63,700 nt of DNA from an uncultured Maritimibacter sp. (GTDB lineage: Bacteria > Pseudomonadota > Alphaproteobacteria > Rhodobacterales > Rhodobacteraceae), in contig CAYGRI010000001.1 in NCBI GenBank assembly GCA_964352155.1, forward strand, positions 1-63,700, in the 5' to 3' direction. A program made the translations under genes and the position numbers. Position 1 is the first letter of the stretch. Every line of letters starts with the position of its first letter. The notes beneath the pieces are model-generated. The model did not search any database. It had not been told where the DNA came from and was given only the letters and a program-made list of their open reading frames with translations. This document shows, one piece after another, positions 1-9,169 of the stretch.

Positions 1-972
1 CGGCTGGCCCTTGTCGGACCGGGGCGATGGGGGCGGATCCTGGTGGACTCGGTTCAGGGCGTGTCGGACCAGGTCCGCTTTACCCATGCGGTCGCCCGCT
101 CTCCGGCGAAAGTGGCGGATTGGGGCGCGGCGCAGGGCATTGCACTGTCCGACAGCCTTGCCTGCGTCCTCGAGAACCCTGCGGTTGACGGGATCGTTCT
201 GGCGACCCCGCATTCCCAGCATGAAGCGCAGATTGTCCAGGTGGCGCGGGCGGGCAAGGACCTGTTCTGCGAAAAGCCGATCGCCCTGACGCGGGCGAGC
301 GCCGACAGGGCCCTGGCCGCCGTCAAAGCCGCCGGGATCGTCTTTGCGCCCGGCCACAACCGCCGCTTCCTTCCGGCCCTGGCGCAGATGAAGGCCTTGA
401 TCGAGGGCGGCGACCTGGGAAGGCTTCTGCAAGTCGAAGGCAACATGAGCAGCCATGTGGGTTTTGGCGAGGTTTACACCCCGCAGATGTGGCGAGTGGC
501 CTCGGGCGAAAGCCCGGCCGGGGGGCTTGCGGCAGCGGGGATCCATGTCATCGACGCGATGATCCACCTGATTGGGCCAATCGCCTCTGTCGTCGCGCAA
601 AGCGACCGGCTGGTCCATGAGATCGACCATGACGACACCACAAGCCTGCTTTTGCGCTTTGAAAACAGGGCCTCGGGCTATCTTGGCACGATGACCGCCA
701 CGGCGCGGATCTTTCGGCTGCAGGTCTTCGGCGACAAGGGCTGGCTTGAACTGAGGGGGGAAACCGATCTGACATGGTCGCCCGTCGAGGGAGCGCGCAA
801 GACATGGCGCTTTCCGAAGGTATCCATGGAGCGGCGGCAACTCGAAGCGTTTGCCGATGCGATCACCGCCCGGTCCGTCTATCCCGTGCCGCTGGGCGAC
901 GTTGTCAACGGGATTGCCGTGTTCGAAGCGGTGTCCGAATCACTGGCATCGGGCGGGCGCGTCAGCCTTTGA
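1..972 (+). CDS. Gfo/Idh/MocA family NAD(P)-dependent oxidoreductase (5' end truncated by window edge)
   Basis: Frame open from base 1 (RLALVGPGRWG, Rossmann GxGxxG); LATPHSQH, CEKP and GHNRRF motifs; GIHVID catalytic region. Confidence 0.9.
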   Translation, partial: RLALVGPGRWGRILVDSVQGVSDQVRFTHAVARSPAKVADWGAAQGIALSDSLACVLENPAVDGIVLATPHSQHEAQIVQVARAGKDLFCEKPIALTRASADRALAAVKAAGIVFAPGHNRRFLPALAQMKALIEGGDLGRLLQVEGNMSSHVGFGEVYTPQMWRVASGESPAGGLAAAGIHVIDAMIHLIGPIASVVAQSDRLVHEIDHDDTTSLLLRFENRASGYLGTMTATARIFRLQVFGDKGWLELRGETDLTWSPVEGARKTWRFPKVSMERRQLEAFADAITARSVYPVPLGDVVNGIAVFEAVSESLASGGRVSL

Positions 973-1082
973 CGTCAGGCGTTGGCGCGACATGCCCTGG
1001 TTTCACGGGGCGTGTGGGCAACCCTCGCCCCGGGCCATGTCCGGAGCGGCATCGAAGGATGAGGCGTGGCCAAGACGTGCCA

Positions 1083-1130
1083 GGGCATCGCCGTGCCCTC
1101 CGCCGGAACGCGGCGGGCACGGCGATGCCC
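1083..1130. terminator. Perfect 16-bp inverted repeat between convergent genes (probable bidirectional terminator or REP-like hairpin)
   Basis: GGGCATCGCCGTGCCC (1083-1098), 16-nt loop, GGGCACGGCGATGCCC (1115-1130); no clear U-tract. Confidence 0.55.
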
Positions 1131-1250
1131 AAAGGCCTGACCATGCGCGCCGGGCCGGAGATCCCGCCGCAAGGTCAGGCGCACAAAGATCCGCGCAAGC
1201 GGGCGGGAGCGATCGGCAATAGAGACCCGATGCGAGTCGTAGCGGGGCGC

Positions 1251-3275
1251 TTACCCGGACGCGAACAGATCCCGCATCGCCTGATAGGTAGCCGGGTTCC
1301 AGGCCCCGTCCAGCGGCCCATCGTAAAGACCGCGCGCAGCGAGCCGGGTTTGCAGGGCCATAAGGCTCGCTTGCGGCCAGGCCGCGGGATCCCGGCGAAA
1401 CGCCTCGGGGCGGCCCATCACCAGCGATGTCTCGAACGCCTCGGCGGCTTTGTCCGGGTCCGCAGGCAGCGCGATTCCCTGCTCATGGAACAGCCCCAGC
1501 TCGTACCACGCCCGGACGTTGTTCTGGGCGATGGATTGGCGGAACAGCGCGTCGGCCTTGGCCGCGTCCTGGGGCACCCCGTCGCCCGAGGCGTACAACT
1601 GGGCCAACCGCCACATCGCCTCGCCATCCTCGGCGGCAACGCCTTCCTCGAATAGCGCGACGGCGCGGGCAAGATCCTTCGGCACGCCGATCCCCGCCTC
1701 ATACAGGGCGCCAAGGCCGGCGTAGTCCAGGATCTCGCCGCTGTGATAAAGATCGCTCAAGAGGCGGAAGGCCGCGTCCGGGTCACCATGCCCGCCGTCG
1801 CCGTCGCGATAGATCGCTGCGATGTTCATCGGCGCATAGTCATTCCCAAGCGCGGCGGCATCTTTGTAAAGTTGCAGCGCCTTGTCGACATCCTCGGGCA
1901 CCCCGCGTCCCAGTTCGTAATGCACGGCCAGCAGGTTCAGCGCGGCCGCCTTGTCCAGGTCGTGGCTGTTCCCCTCGATGATCGCCTTGGCCAGCCGGAT
2001 CGCTTCGGCATCGTCGCGTGGGGTGGCGAGGCCATGGTGGTGCTGATAGGCCAGCCCGTACATCGCGCTGAACACCCCCATCTCCGCGCCGATTTTGCGC
2101 CAGACCAGCGCTTCGGCATCGTTTTGCGGCACGCCGAGGCCGTCCAGATACAGGCCTGCGATATGTTCGGTGGCACGGCCAAAGCCGCGGTCATAGGCTT
2201 GCTGGAGGTAGTCCATCGCGGCTTTGTAATCCTGTTCGAAACCCTTGCCGTCCCGATAGGCCAGGCCAATCTCGAACAGCGCCTCCCCGGCGCGGTTGTC
2301 GTTGCTCTCTGCCACGATCTGCCACAGGCGCAGGGCTTCAGCCGGGTCGTTTGGAACGCCATCCCGTTCGAAATAGAGCAGATAGGCAAGGCTATGCGTC
2401 GCCCAGATGACACCGGCCTCGGACGCGCGCCGATACCAATGGGCCGCGTTCCGCGCGCTGGCTTCGATGCCGTAGCCATTCTCATAGGACCAGCCCAGAT
2501 TGGCCATGCCATAGGGTTCGTCTTTTTCTGCCGCAAGCTTGTAGTATTCCGTGGCGGTTTCCGGATTTTCTTCGACCAGATCACCGTAATAGTAGATGTC
2601 CCCAAGGGCCACCAATGCGTTGTCGTCGCCCGCGGCCGCGCCGGCAGAGTACCATTGGATGGCGGCCGCGCCATCCGTCTCTACCCCGCGCCCATCGCGA
2701 TAGGCCTGGCCGAGATAGGACATCGCGATCGCGTTCCCAAGGTCGGCGGAGGACCGGAAATATCCGACGGCGGCTACGTCATCTTTTGGCGTGCCGTAGC
2801 CGTTCCAATGCGCCTCGCCCAAGGCCAGGATGCCCCGCGCGGTTCCGGTTGCGGCGGCCATCTGCGCCAGTTCGTAGTATTTCTCGTCTGACTGGGGGGC
2901 GCCTTCGCCCTGCTGATAGTTCCAGGCCAGGTTCACCATCGCCACCGGATCGCCCAGGGCGATGGCGGCCTCGTAGGCGGCGTTGGCCTCTGCCTGCCGC
3001 TCGGCGGCATCGTGAGCGCGGCCAAGCTGCAAAAGAACGCGCGGGTTATCGGGGGCTGCCGCGTTCGCTGCCTCGCAGGCCGCGATGGCGGCAGGGACAT
3101 CGATGGCATCAATCCAGAAACCGGGGGCCTCGGGGGTGGGGGGATAAAGTGGATGCTCTGGATGGGCGGCCAGTGCGTTGCAGGCCTGAATCAAAACCTG
3201 CGGATCGGCCGGGCTTTGTGCCAGAGCGGCAGAGCCCAGCAGGGCGACGGATATGGAAAGAAAGATAGGTTTCAA
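1251..3275 (-). CDS. Exported Sel1-like repeat protein with C-terminal peptidoglycan-binding domain
   Basis: TTG start at 3275 after AGGAGA RBS; signal peptide MKPIFLSISVALLGSAALAQ; over a dozen AxxxLGxxYxxGxGvxxD repeats; C-terminal LQTRLAARGLYDGPLDGAWNPATYQAM (PG_binding_1-like). Confidence 0.85.
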   Translation of the reverse strand: MKPIFLSISVALLGSAALAQSPADPQVLIQACNALAAHPEHPLYPPTPEAPGFWIDAIDVPAAIAACEAANAAAPDNPRVLLQLGRAHDAAERQAEANAAYEAAIALGDPVAMVNLAWNYQQGEGAPQSDEKYYELAQMAAATGTARGILALGEAHWNGYGTPKDDVAAVGYFRSSADLGNAIAMSYLGQAYRDGRGVETDGAAAIQWYSAGAAAGDDNALVALGDIYYYGDLVEENPETATEYYKLAAEKDEPYGMANLGWSYENGYGIEASARNAAHWYRRASEAGVIWATHSLAYLLYFERDGVPNDPAEALRLWQIVAESNDNRAGEALFEIGLAYRDGKGFEQDYKAAMDYLQQAYDRGFGRATEHIAGLYLDGLGVPQNDAEALVWRKIGAEMGVFSAMYGLAYQHHHGLATPRDDAEAIRLAKAIIEGNSHDLDKAAALNLLAVHYELGRGVPEDVDKALQLYKDAAALGNDYAPMNIAAIYRDGDGGHGDPDAAFRLLSDLYHSGEILDYAGLGALYEAGIGVPKDLARAVALFEEGVAAEDGEAMWRLAQLYASGDGVPQDAAKADALFRQSIAQNNVRAWYELGLFHEQGIALPADPDKAAEAFETSLVMGRPEAFRRDPAAWPQASLMALQTRLAARGLYDGPLDGAWNPATYQAMRDLFASG

Positions 3276-3541
3276 GGCGTCTCTCCTGATCGGCTGCATG
3301 GGAATCGAATCTGTACAATAGGGGGACGGTAGCACAGAATGGCCCGGGGCGCCGTTGGGGGGCAAGGCGACCCGGGCCGGAGGCAGAGCCGCGCGGCGAT
3401 GGCCAGTGCCTGCCTGCGACGCTTCGGGATACACCGATCACCCGGCAGGATGGCTTGGCGCATAGTAACCCTCTTTGACCGCTCGGCAGGCCTGCACCTG
3501 GGGCAAATGTGGTCCTCCGCCCCGGATGAAAGGCAGAGTGA

Positions 3542-4942
3542 ATGCGCGTTTCCAACATAAACCTTCCCGCCACGTTCTTGCCGATTGCATATGACGCGGA
3601 TGTCGTCGTGGTGGGCGCCGGGCCGTCGGGCTTTGCCGCCACGCTCAAGGCCGCGCGGATGGGGGTCCGGACGCTGGTGGTGGAAAAGCTGGACATGCCG
3701 GGCGGGGTCCACACCTCTGGCCTGCAGGGACATGCCGGGCCGGGCATCGGCGGGATCCATTCAGAGCTCATGGACCGTTTCGATGCCCATGGCTATCTGT
3801 ACCGCGCCGATCAGGACAGCCACCCGGATTGGGCCGGCAACCCCTTGTCCCATTACGAACGCCGCAAGGCGCCGGGCGACGACTTTACCCGCCTGTCGTT
3901 CAACCCCGAAGGCGCGGGCAGTGTCATGGCCGCGATGCTGCACGAGGCCGGGGCGACGGCCCTGTACGACACCCGCTTTGTGGATTGCATCGTCGAAGAC
4001 TCCAGAATCCGCGCCATCGTGGTCGAAAACAACTCAGGCCGATTCGCGATCACCGGGCGGATCTTTGTCGATGGCTCGGGCACCGGCCTGTTGGCGGCAC
4101 GGGCGGGCGTGCCCTATGTCTCGGGCGGCGGTGGTCAGCCTGTGGGGGCGGAATGGGACGGCGTCAACCGCCCGGTTCCCGGAGGGCTGCTGTGGTCGAT
4201 GCATGGGATCGACCTGGCCGCGTTGACCCGGCACCAGCAGCAGGCCGATGATCCGATGCTGCAAAAGGTCATCGCCGAAGCCCGTGCCGCCGGTGATGTT
4301 CCCGACGGCCTGTACCGCCCCTTCATGCGGGGCAGCAATGTTTATGCGTCCATGTATATCGGCCACCCGACGCTGGATATGAGCCCGACCTCTGCCGGGA
4401 CCTATTGCCTGTGGCAGAACGTGCCGTATGAGCTGGGCCTGCATATGGACGAAAGCGGTGATGACAATGCGCTGGCCACGCGCCTGCTGCGCGGCTTCAT
4501 CGATGCCGAGGCACGGTTCCTCAAGAAATACGTCCCAGGCTTTGATCAGGCGCAGATCGGCAGCATTGGCCGCTATGTGGGCGTGCGCGACGGGCGCCAC
4601 CCGGTGGGCGAGCATGTGTTCGGCATCGAAGACGCCCGCGCGGGCACCCGTTTCCCCGATGCGGTGACCGAGCCAATGACAAAGCCGTTCTACTGGGATG
4701 CGAACACCCCCCATACCTTCACGGTGCCCTATCGCTCTTTCGTGCCAAAGAAGATCGACAACATGCTGCTCTCCGGCGCCTCGCTGTCGTTTACCTACGA
4801 GACGATCTTCATGGTGATGCGCAACTTTCCCTGGACCACGCTGACCGGCGAGATCGCGGGCTTTGCCGCCGCCCGCTGTATCGAGAAAAAGGTTGGCCCC
4901 AAAGAACTGGCCTGGACACAGCCCTACGGCCCCGGAGGCTGA
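3542..4942 (+). CDS. FAD-dependent oxidoreductase (FAD_oxidored-type)
   Basis: DVVVVGAGPSG dinucleotide motif, FVDGSGTG, GVRDGR, VPYRSFVPK..NMLLSG. Confidence 0.8.
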   Translation: MRVSNINLPATFLPIAYDADVVVVGAGPSGFAATLKAARMGVRTLVVEKLDMPGGVHTSGLQGHAGPGIGGIHSELMDRFDAHGYLYRADQDSHPDWAGNPLSHYERRKAPGDDFTRLSFNPEGAGSVMAAMLHEAGATALYDTRFVDCIVEDSRIRAIVVENNSGRFAITGRIFVDGSGTGLLAARAGVPYVSGGGGQPVGAEWDGVNRPVPGGLLWSMHGIDLAALTRHQQQADDPMLQKVIAEARAAGDVPDGLYRPFMRGSNVYASMYIGHPTLDMSPTSAGTYCLWQNVPYELGLHMDESGDDNALATRLLRGFIDAEARFLKKYVPGFDQAQIGSIGRYVGVRDGRHPVGEHVFGIEDARAGTRFPDAVTEPMTKPFYWDANTPHTFTVPYRSFVPKKIDNMLLSGASLSFTYETIFMVMRNFPWTTLTGEIAGFAAARCIEKKVGPKELAWTQPYGPGG

Positions 4943-5367
4943 CCGGCGCGGCTGCCAAGCGTCTTGTGATTGCGGCGGCGCCTCGTTCATGTTGCCGTTG
5001 GCCACCCGCCGTGATCTACTTTAGCCAGACCGAAATTGACCGGCAGGCGCAGCGAATTCCATGACGGGACCCGAACCTGCCGGCTGCCACAGGGGCCGCA
5101 TGACCCAGATCCGATCCGTCTCTCGACCTTGGACTGCCCCAGCCTGCCGTCGGTCGCTTGCCGAGGGTGCCGCGCGCTTGACGATCCGTGCTGAATAGCC
5201 CGCAGCGACAGGGGGCGCGCAGCCCGGATCCTGGCATGCGCCGGGGGGCGCCGGGGCGTCTTTGGCAACCGATGACACGTCTTGTGTGTCCCGACGCGGG
5301 CACCCGGCCTATTGGCGCGGGCGCCCGTCCCGTGTGTTGGTCCCGCGATGCCGGTTCCCGTGCTCGC

Positions 5368-5392
5368 GTAACAAATCCTTCTGCCGGACGAA
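5368..5392 (+). promoter_or_regulatory. ECF sigma (SigF/EcfF-type) autoregulatory promoter
   Basis: GTAACA(5368-5373)-N15-CGAA(5389-5392), 25 nt before the sigma ATG; resembles the GTAAC..CGAA consensus of SigF/NrsF systems. Confidence 0.7.
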
Positions 5393-5417
5393 CAGCCAAG
5401 CAGGGGTCGCGGACGTA

Positions 5418-5951
5418 ATGGACGAATGGAGCCGTCTGCTGACCCAAGCGAACACCGGTGACGCGCGCGCATACGAGCAGTTCTTGCGGGCGATCACGCC
5501 GGTTCTTCGGGGAATCGTGCGGGCAAGGGGTCCCGGCTTGGGAGAGGCTGGTTGTGAAGATGTGGTTCAGGACGTGCTGTTGGCGGTGCACCTCAAACGC
5601 CACACCTGGAAGGTGGGCAGCCCGGTTCGCCCGTGGCTTTACGCCATCACGCGCTACAAGGTGGCCGATGCCTTCCGCGCGCGCGGGCGCCGTGTCGACC
5701 TGTCGATCGAGGATTTCGCCGAGGATCTCGTGGCCGAAGATGCCCCCGATCCGACCGAGGCCGCAGATATGGACAAGATGATCGGTATGCTGGACGGTCG
5801 CTCGGCCGAAATTGTACGGATGATTGGCCTCAACGGCGCCAGCACCGCCGAAACGGGGCGGGCCCTGAGTATGAGCGAAGGCGCCGTGCGGGTTGCCCTG
5901 CACCGCGCGATGAAGACCCTCGCTGCTTTGCGGGAAAGGCATGTGAAGTGA
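5418..5951 (+). CDS. sigF: ECF RNA polymerase sigma factor, SigF/EcfF-like (NrsF-partnered)
   Basis: EDVVQDVLLAVHLKRHTW...PWLYAITRYK (region 2), SEGAVRVALHRAMKTL (region 4); overlaps the downstream anti-sigma gene. Confidence 0.85.
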   Translation: MDEWSRLLTQANTGDARAYEQFLRAITPVLRGIVRARGPGLGEAGCEDVVQDVLLAVHLKRHTWKVGSPVRPWLYAITRYKVADAFRARGRRVDLSIEDFAEDLVAEDAPDPTEAADMDKMIGMLDGRSAEIVRMIGLNGASTAETGRALSMSEGAVRVALHRAMKTLAALRERHVK

Positions 5952-6577
5952 AGACCGACGCCCTGATCCAAGCGCTTGCCGCCGACACCCATAGCCAGCG
6001 CGCGCCGGGCCGCATTGCGGCTGTGTGGCTGCTGCCCGCTATATTGGCAGGGCTTGCGTTGCTGTGGCTGACGCTGGGGATCCGTTCGGATCTGGTTCCG
6101 TCACTGGGGGTCCCGGAATCGGGGCTGCGCTTTGTGTTGACGGGGGCTGTCGGGCTGATCGGGCTGCGCGGCGCGCTGGGGCTGGTGCGGCCGGATGGGC
6201 GGGCGCGGCTGTGGCCGCTGGCCCTCGTGGGGCTGGCGGCGGTTGGCTTGCTGGCCTGGACGTGGCTGGAGACTCCGCCGGGTGCGCGGCAAATGGCGTG
6301 GATGGGCAAGACCATCGTCGCCTGTCTGGTGACCATCCCGCTGATGTCGATCCTGCCGGTGGCGGTGCTTATTGCCACATTGCGCCAGGGCGCGACCACC
6401 GCGCCCGCCCTGGCCGGATTTGCCGCAGGGCTTGGCGGCAGCGGCCTGTCGGCGATGCTTTATGCCCTACATTGCACCGAAGACAGCCCGCTGTTCTACA
6501 TCACCTGGTACGGCCTTGCGATGGCGGGGGTGACGCTGGCGGCCACGTTGATCGGCAGGCGGGTGTTGCGCTGGTAG
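5948..6577 (+). CDS. nrsF: NrsF family (DUF1109) membrane anti-sigma factor
   Basis: GTG overlapping the sigma stop; MKTDALIQALAAD start; multiple TM helices; conserved Cys in ACLVTIP and YALHCTEDSPLFYITWY. Confidence 0.9.
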   Translation: MKTDALIQALAADTHSQRAPGRIAAVWLLPAILAGLALLWLTLGIRSDLVPSLGVPESGLRFVLTGAVGLIGLRGALGLVRPDGRARLWPLALVGLAAVGLLAWTWLETPPGARQMAWMGKTIVACLVTIPLMSILPVAVLIATLRQGATTAPALAGFAAGLGGSGLSAMLYALHCTEDSPLFYITWYGLAMAGVTLAATLIGRRVLRW

Positions 6578-6581
6578 GCGG

Positions 6582-7409
6582 CTAACGCAGTGCCTCGAAC
6601 CAGTCGAGCGCGAGGTCGGCCCAGCCCAGCGGGACCGAATGCGCGCCAGGATGCAGCGCGAAATCGAGCCGCGCGCCGCTCTCGCAGTCGGTCCAGCGTC
6701 TGATCTGGAAATCGTCCTTTGCGTCGAAGGCGTTGGGCTGCAACCGGCAGTCATTGGCCGCGCGCCAGATCTGCATTGCGACAAAGACGTCGCCCTGGGC
6801 GATGCCGCTGTCAAAGGCGCGCCCTTCCAGCGGCACTGTCCCGTCCCGCCAGCCATGGGTGTGGAACAGGTCGACCGGCCCGCGGCAAGCCGTCGGATGC
6901 GGGCGCCAGAAGCTGCCCGCCACCGGGGCATAGGCGCGAAAACTGTCGGGGGTGTCGCAGGCGATATAGCTGGCCATCGACCCGCCAATCGAGAATCCGG
7001 CCAACAGTATCCTGTCCCGGTCGAGCCCAAAGCGCGCGGCGGCGTTATCGGCCACCGAGCGGAGAAAGGCGCCCTCGTTCCGCCGGATCGGGCGATCGGG
7101 ATGGAAATCCCAGCGGCGCCCGTTCCGGTCCTGCATCGGCTGGCCGTCGGGGGCGATCACCGCATAGCCCCGGGCCAGCAAAGCGTCGACCATTCCGGTG
7201 TTGCGCATGGTGCCTTCGCCGCTGCTGCCAAAGCCATGCAGGAAGACGACCGCCGGTGCGCTTTCGGCATCGGTCTCTGGCAGGACGATATGATAGCTGC
7301 CGTCGGGCAGGGTGCAGGCGCCGGGATCGCGTCCGCAATCCGCCTGCGCCGCCCCGCCCAACAGGGCCGCGGCGAGGCCAAGGCCTGCACAAACAACGGC
7401 CCTGATCAT
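6582..7409 (-). CDS. Exported alpha/beta-hydrolase esterase (PHB depolymerase/LpqP-like)
   Basis: Signal peptide ending AQA; FLHGFG oxyanion motif, GFSIGG nucleophile elbow, HGWRDGTVP, HPGAH; start overlaps opgH stop. Confidence 0.8.
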   Translation of the reverse strand: MIRAVVCAGLGLAAALLGGAAQADCGRDPGACTLPDGSYHIVLPETDAESAPAVVFLHGFGSSGEGTMRNTGMVDALLARGYAVIAPDGQPMQDRNGRRWDFHPDRPIRRNEGAFLRSVADNAAARFGLDRDRILLAGFSIGGSMASYIACDTPDSFRAYAPVAGSFWRPHPTACRGPVDLFHTHGWRDGTVPLEGRAFDSGIAQGDVFVAMQIWRAANDCRLQPNAFDAKDDFQIRRWTDCESGARLDFALHPGAHSVPLGWADLALDWFEALR

Positions 7410-9169
7410 CGGCACAACCCCAGCGGGCGCAGCAGCCGCCCGCCGCCGATCCGCCGCTGCACCAGCCAAGACACCGGCACCGTCAGCGCAAGGCCGATGG
7501 CCACGGGCAGCAGCCAAGGCGTCAGATGCCCGATGGACGCCAGGGTCAGCAGACCGATCCCAAGGCCGGTTTCCGTGGCATGGAACCGCAGCAAGACCAG
7601 CAGGCCCGGCCGACCAGAGGTATGCGGCATCCATCCACCATCGAACCCCGCAAGGGTGCGCAGCACCGCGCGGACCTGATGCACCATCAGCGCCGGAGCG
7701 ATCAGGACCGACAAGGCGATCTCTGCCAGCACCGAGGCCGCGAAGACCGGCGCCTCGGCCCACCTGATCCCGCGGTCGCGGATATGCGCCACGACGCCCG
7801 CCAGTTTCGGTCCGATCAGCATCAGGCAGACAAAGCTCACAAGCGTCGCCTGAGACAGCGCGGGATAGACCGGCCAGTTTGGCATCAAAGGGTTCCCGGT
7901 GAAGAAATCGTGCATGCCGACACTCTGTCCCGCCAGCGCCCACAAGATCAGCAGGCTCATCCACCAGACCGAGGCTAGATAAGCCATCGCGCCCTGCAGC
8001 AGGTGAAACCGCGACACAGGCGCAAGGCCCGGCACGCCCAGAAGCCGCAGGTGCTGCATGTTGCCCTGACACCAACGGCGGTCGCGGCGCAGGTAGCCCG
8101 GCAGGGTTTCGGGCGTCGCCTCAAAGCTTTCGGCGGCCTCGGGCAGCATTCGCACGCCCCAGCCTGCGCGACGGATCAGCGCCGCCTCGACAAAATCATG
8201 GCTCAGGATGACCCCGCCACGCGGGGCGCGCCCGGCCAGATGCGGCAGCCCGGCACAGGCGGCGAAGGCACGCGTGCGCAGCAGCGCGTTGTGGCCCAGA
8301 AAATTGGCCTCGTCCCCGGCCCACAGGGCAAATCCGCGCGCCAGGTTGAGGCCATAGACCTCGGAGGCGAAGGATTGCAGGCGCTGCCACAGCGTGGTGC
8401 CCGGAAGGACCCGGGGCGGCGACTGGATCAAGCCCAGCGCCGGCTCTGCCGCCATCAGATCGGCCATGCGGCGCACGCTGTCCGGGCCCATGACGCTGTC
8501 GGCATCCAGGATCAGGATCGCCTCGTGGGCCCCGCCTTCGGACACCACCCAATTGCGGATATTGCCGGATTTGTAGTCGGTGTTCTCCGCCCGGTGGCGG
8601 TACTGGATCGGCAGGGTGGGATGGGCGTGCCGGGCCATGCGGATCGCGGCGTCCTCGATCACTGTGTCGGCGGCGTCGCGGGTATCTGACAGGACATGCA
8701 GCGAGAACCGGTGCTTTGCGCCGTGCGGACGGGACAGGGCCGCCAAAAGGTCGGTCGCGGTGCCGATGGTCGCGGCGGCCGGTTCGCCATACATCGGCAA
8801 CAGGATCGCAACGCTCAGCCCCCTGTCCGGTTTGGCGGGGGCATAGGGCCGCCAGACCAGCCCCAGCAGTGCCGAACAAAACGACAGCGCGACCCAGTAG
8901 AAGGCAAGGAGCGTCACGGCGACCACCATCGCTTCGACGACCCCCGGCGCGCCGTCCACTGCGAACCATCCAAGGCTGGACCAGCCGAGGATCGCCGACA
9001 GGCCCAGCGGTGCGATCAGCACAAGGGCCCGCACCACGCGGGTGCGGGGCGCGCTGCGGCTGCCGGGCGCGGCGGGGTCCGTGAACCGGGCGCGCAGGGA
9101 CTGGTCGGGCATCGGCAGCGGGTGCGAGGTCGCCTCTCCCGCAAGCGGCAGGCGGAACGGAACGGTCAT
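7406..9169 (-). CDS. opgH: Glucans biosynthesis glucosyltransferase OpgH/MdoH (GT2), copy 1
   Basis: KSGNI, ILDADS, GHNA, LSHDFVEAA and RDRRWCQGN motifs; flanking TM helices. Confidence 0.93.
   Translation of the reverse strand: MTVPFRLPLAGEATSHPLPMPDQSLRARFTDPAAPGSRSAPRTRVVRALVLIAPLGLSAILGWSSLGWFAVDGAPGVVEAMVVAVTLLAFYWVALSFCSALLGLVWRPYAPAKPDRGLSVAILLPMYGEPAAATIGTATDLLAALSRPHGAKHRFSLHVLSDTRDAADTVIEDAAIRMARHAHPTLPIQYRHRAENTDYKSGNIRNWVVSEGGAHEAILILDADSVMGPDSVRRMADLMAAEPALGLIQSPPRVLPGTTLWQRLQSFASEVYGLNLARGFALWAGDEANFLGHNALLRTRAFAACAGLPHLAGRAPRGGVILSHDFVEAALIRRAGWGVRMLPEAAESFEATPETLPGYLRRDRRWCQGNMQHLRLLGVPGLAPVSRFHLLQGAMAYLASVWWMSLLILWALAGQSVGMHDFFTGNPLMPNWPVYPALSQATLVSFVCLMLIGPKLAGVVAHIRDRGIRWAEAPVFAASVLAEIALSVLIAPALMVHQVRAVLRTLAGFDGGWMPHTSGRPGLLVLLRFHATETGLGIGLLTLASIGHLTPWLLPVAIGLALTVPVSWLVQRRIGGGRLLRPLGLCR

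Noticed and set aside
1083-1130. MITE or REP family element
   Set aside because: Only one copy noticed in the window and no target duplication; a terminator between convergent genes is the simpler explanation
3465-3490. GTAACC upstream of the FAD oxidoreductase as a fourth ECF promoter
   Set aside because: No CGAA at a 15-16 nt spacing
5633-8075. N-terminally extended ORFs for nrsF (5633) and the esterase (8075), and similar extensions elsewhere
   Set aside because: High-GC stop-poor frames overlapping neighbouring genes; overlap-coupled starts and signal peptides mark the shorter starts
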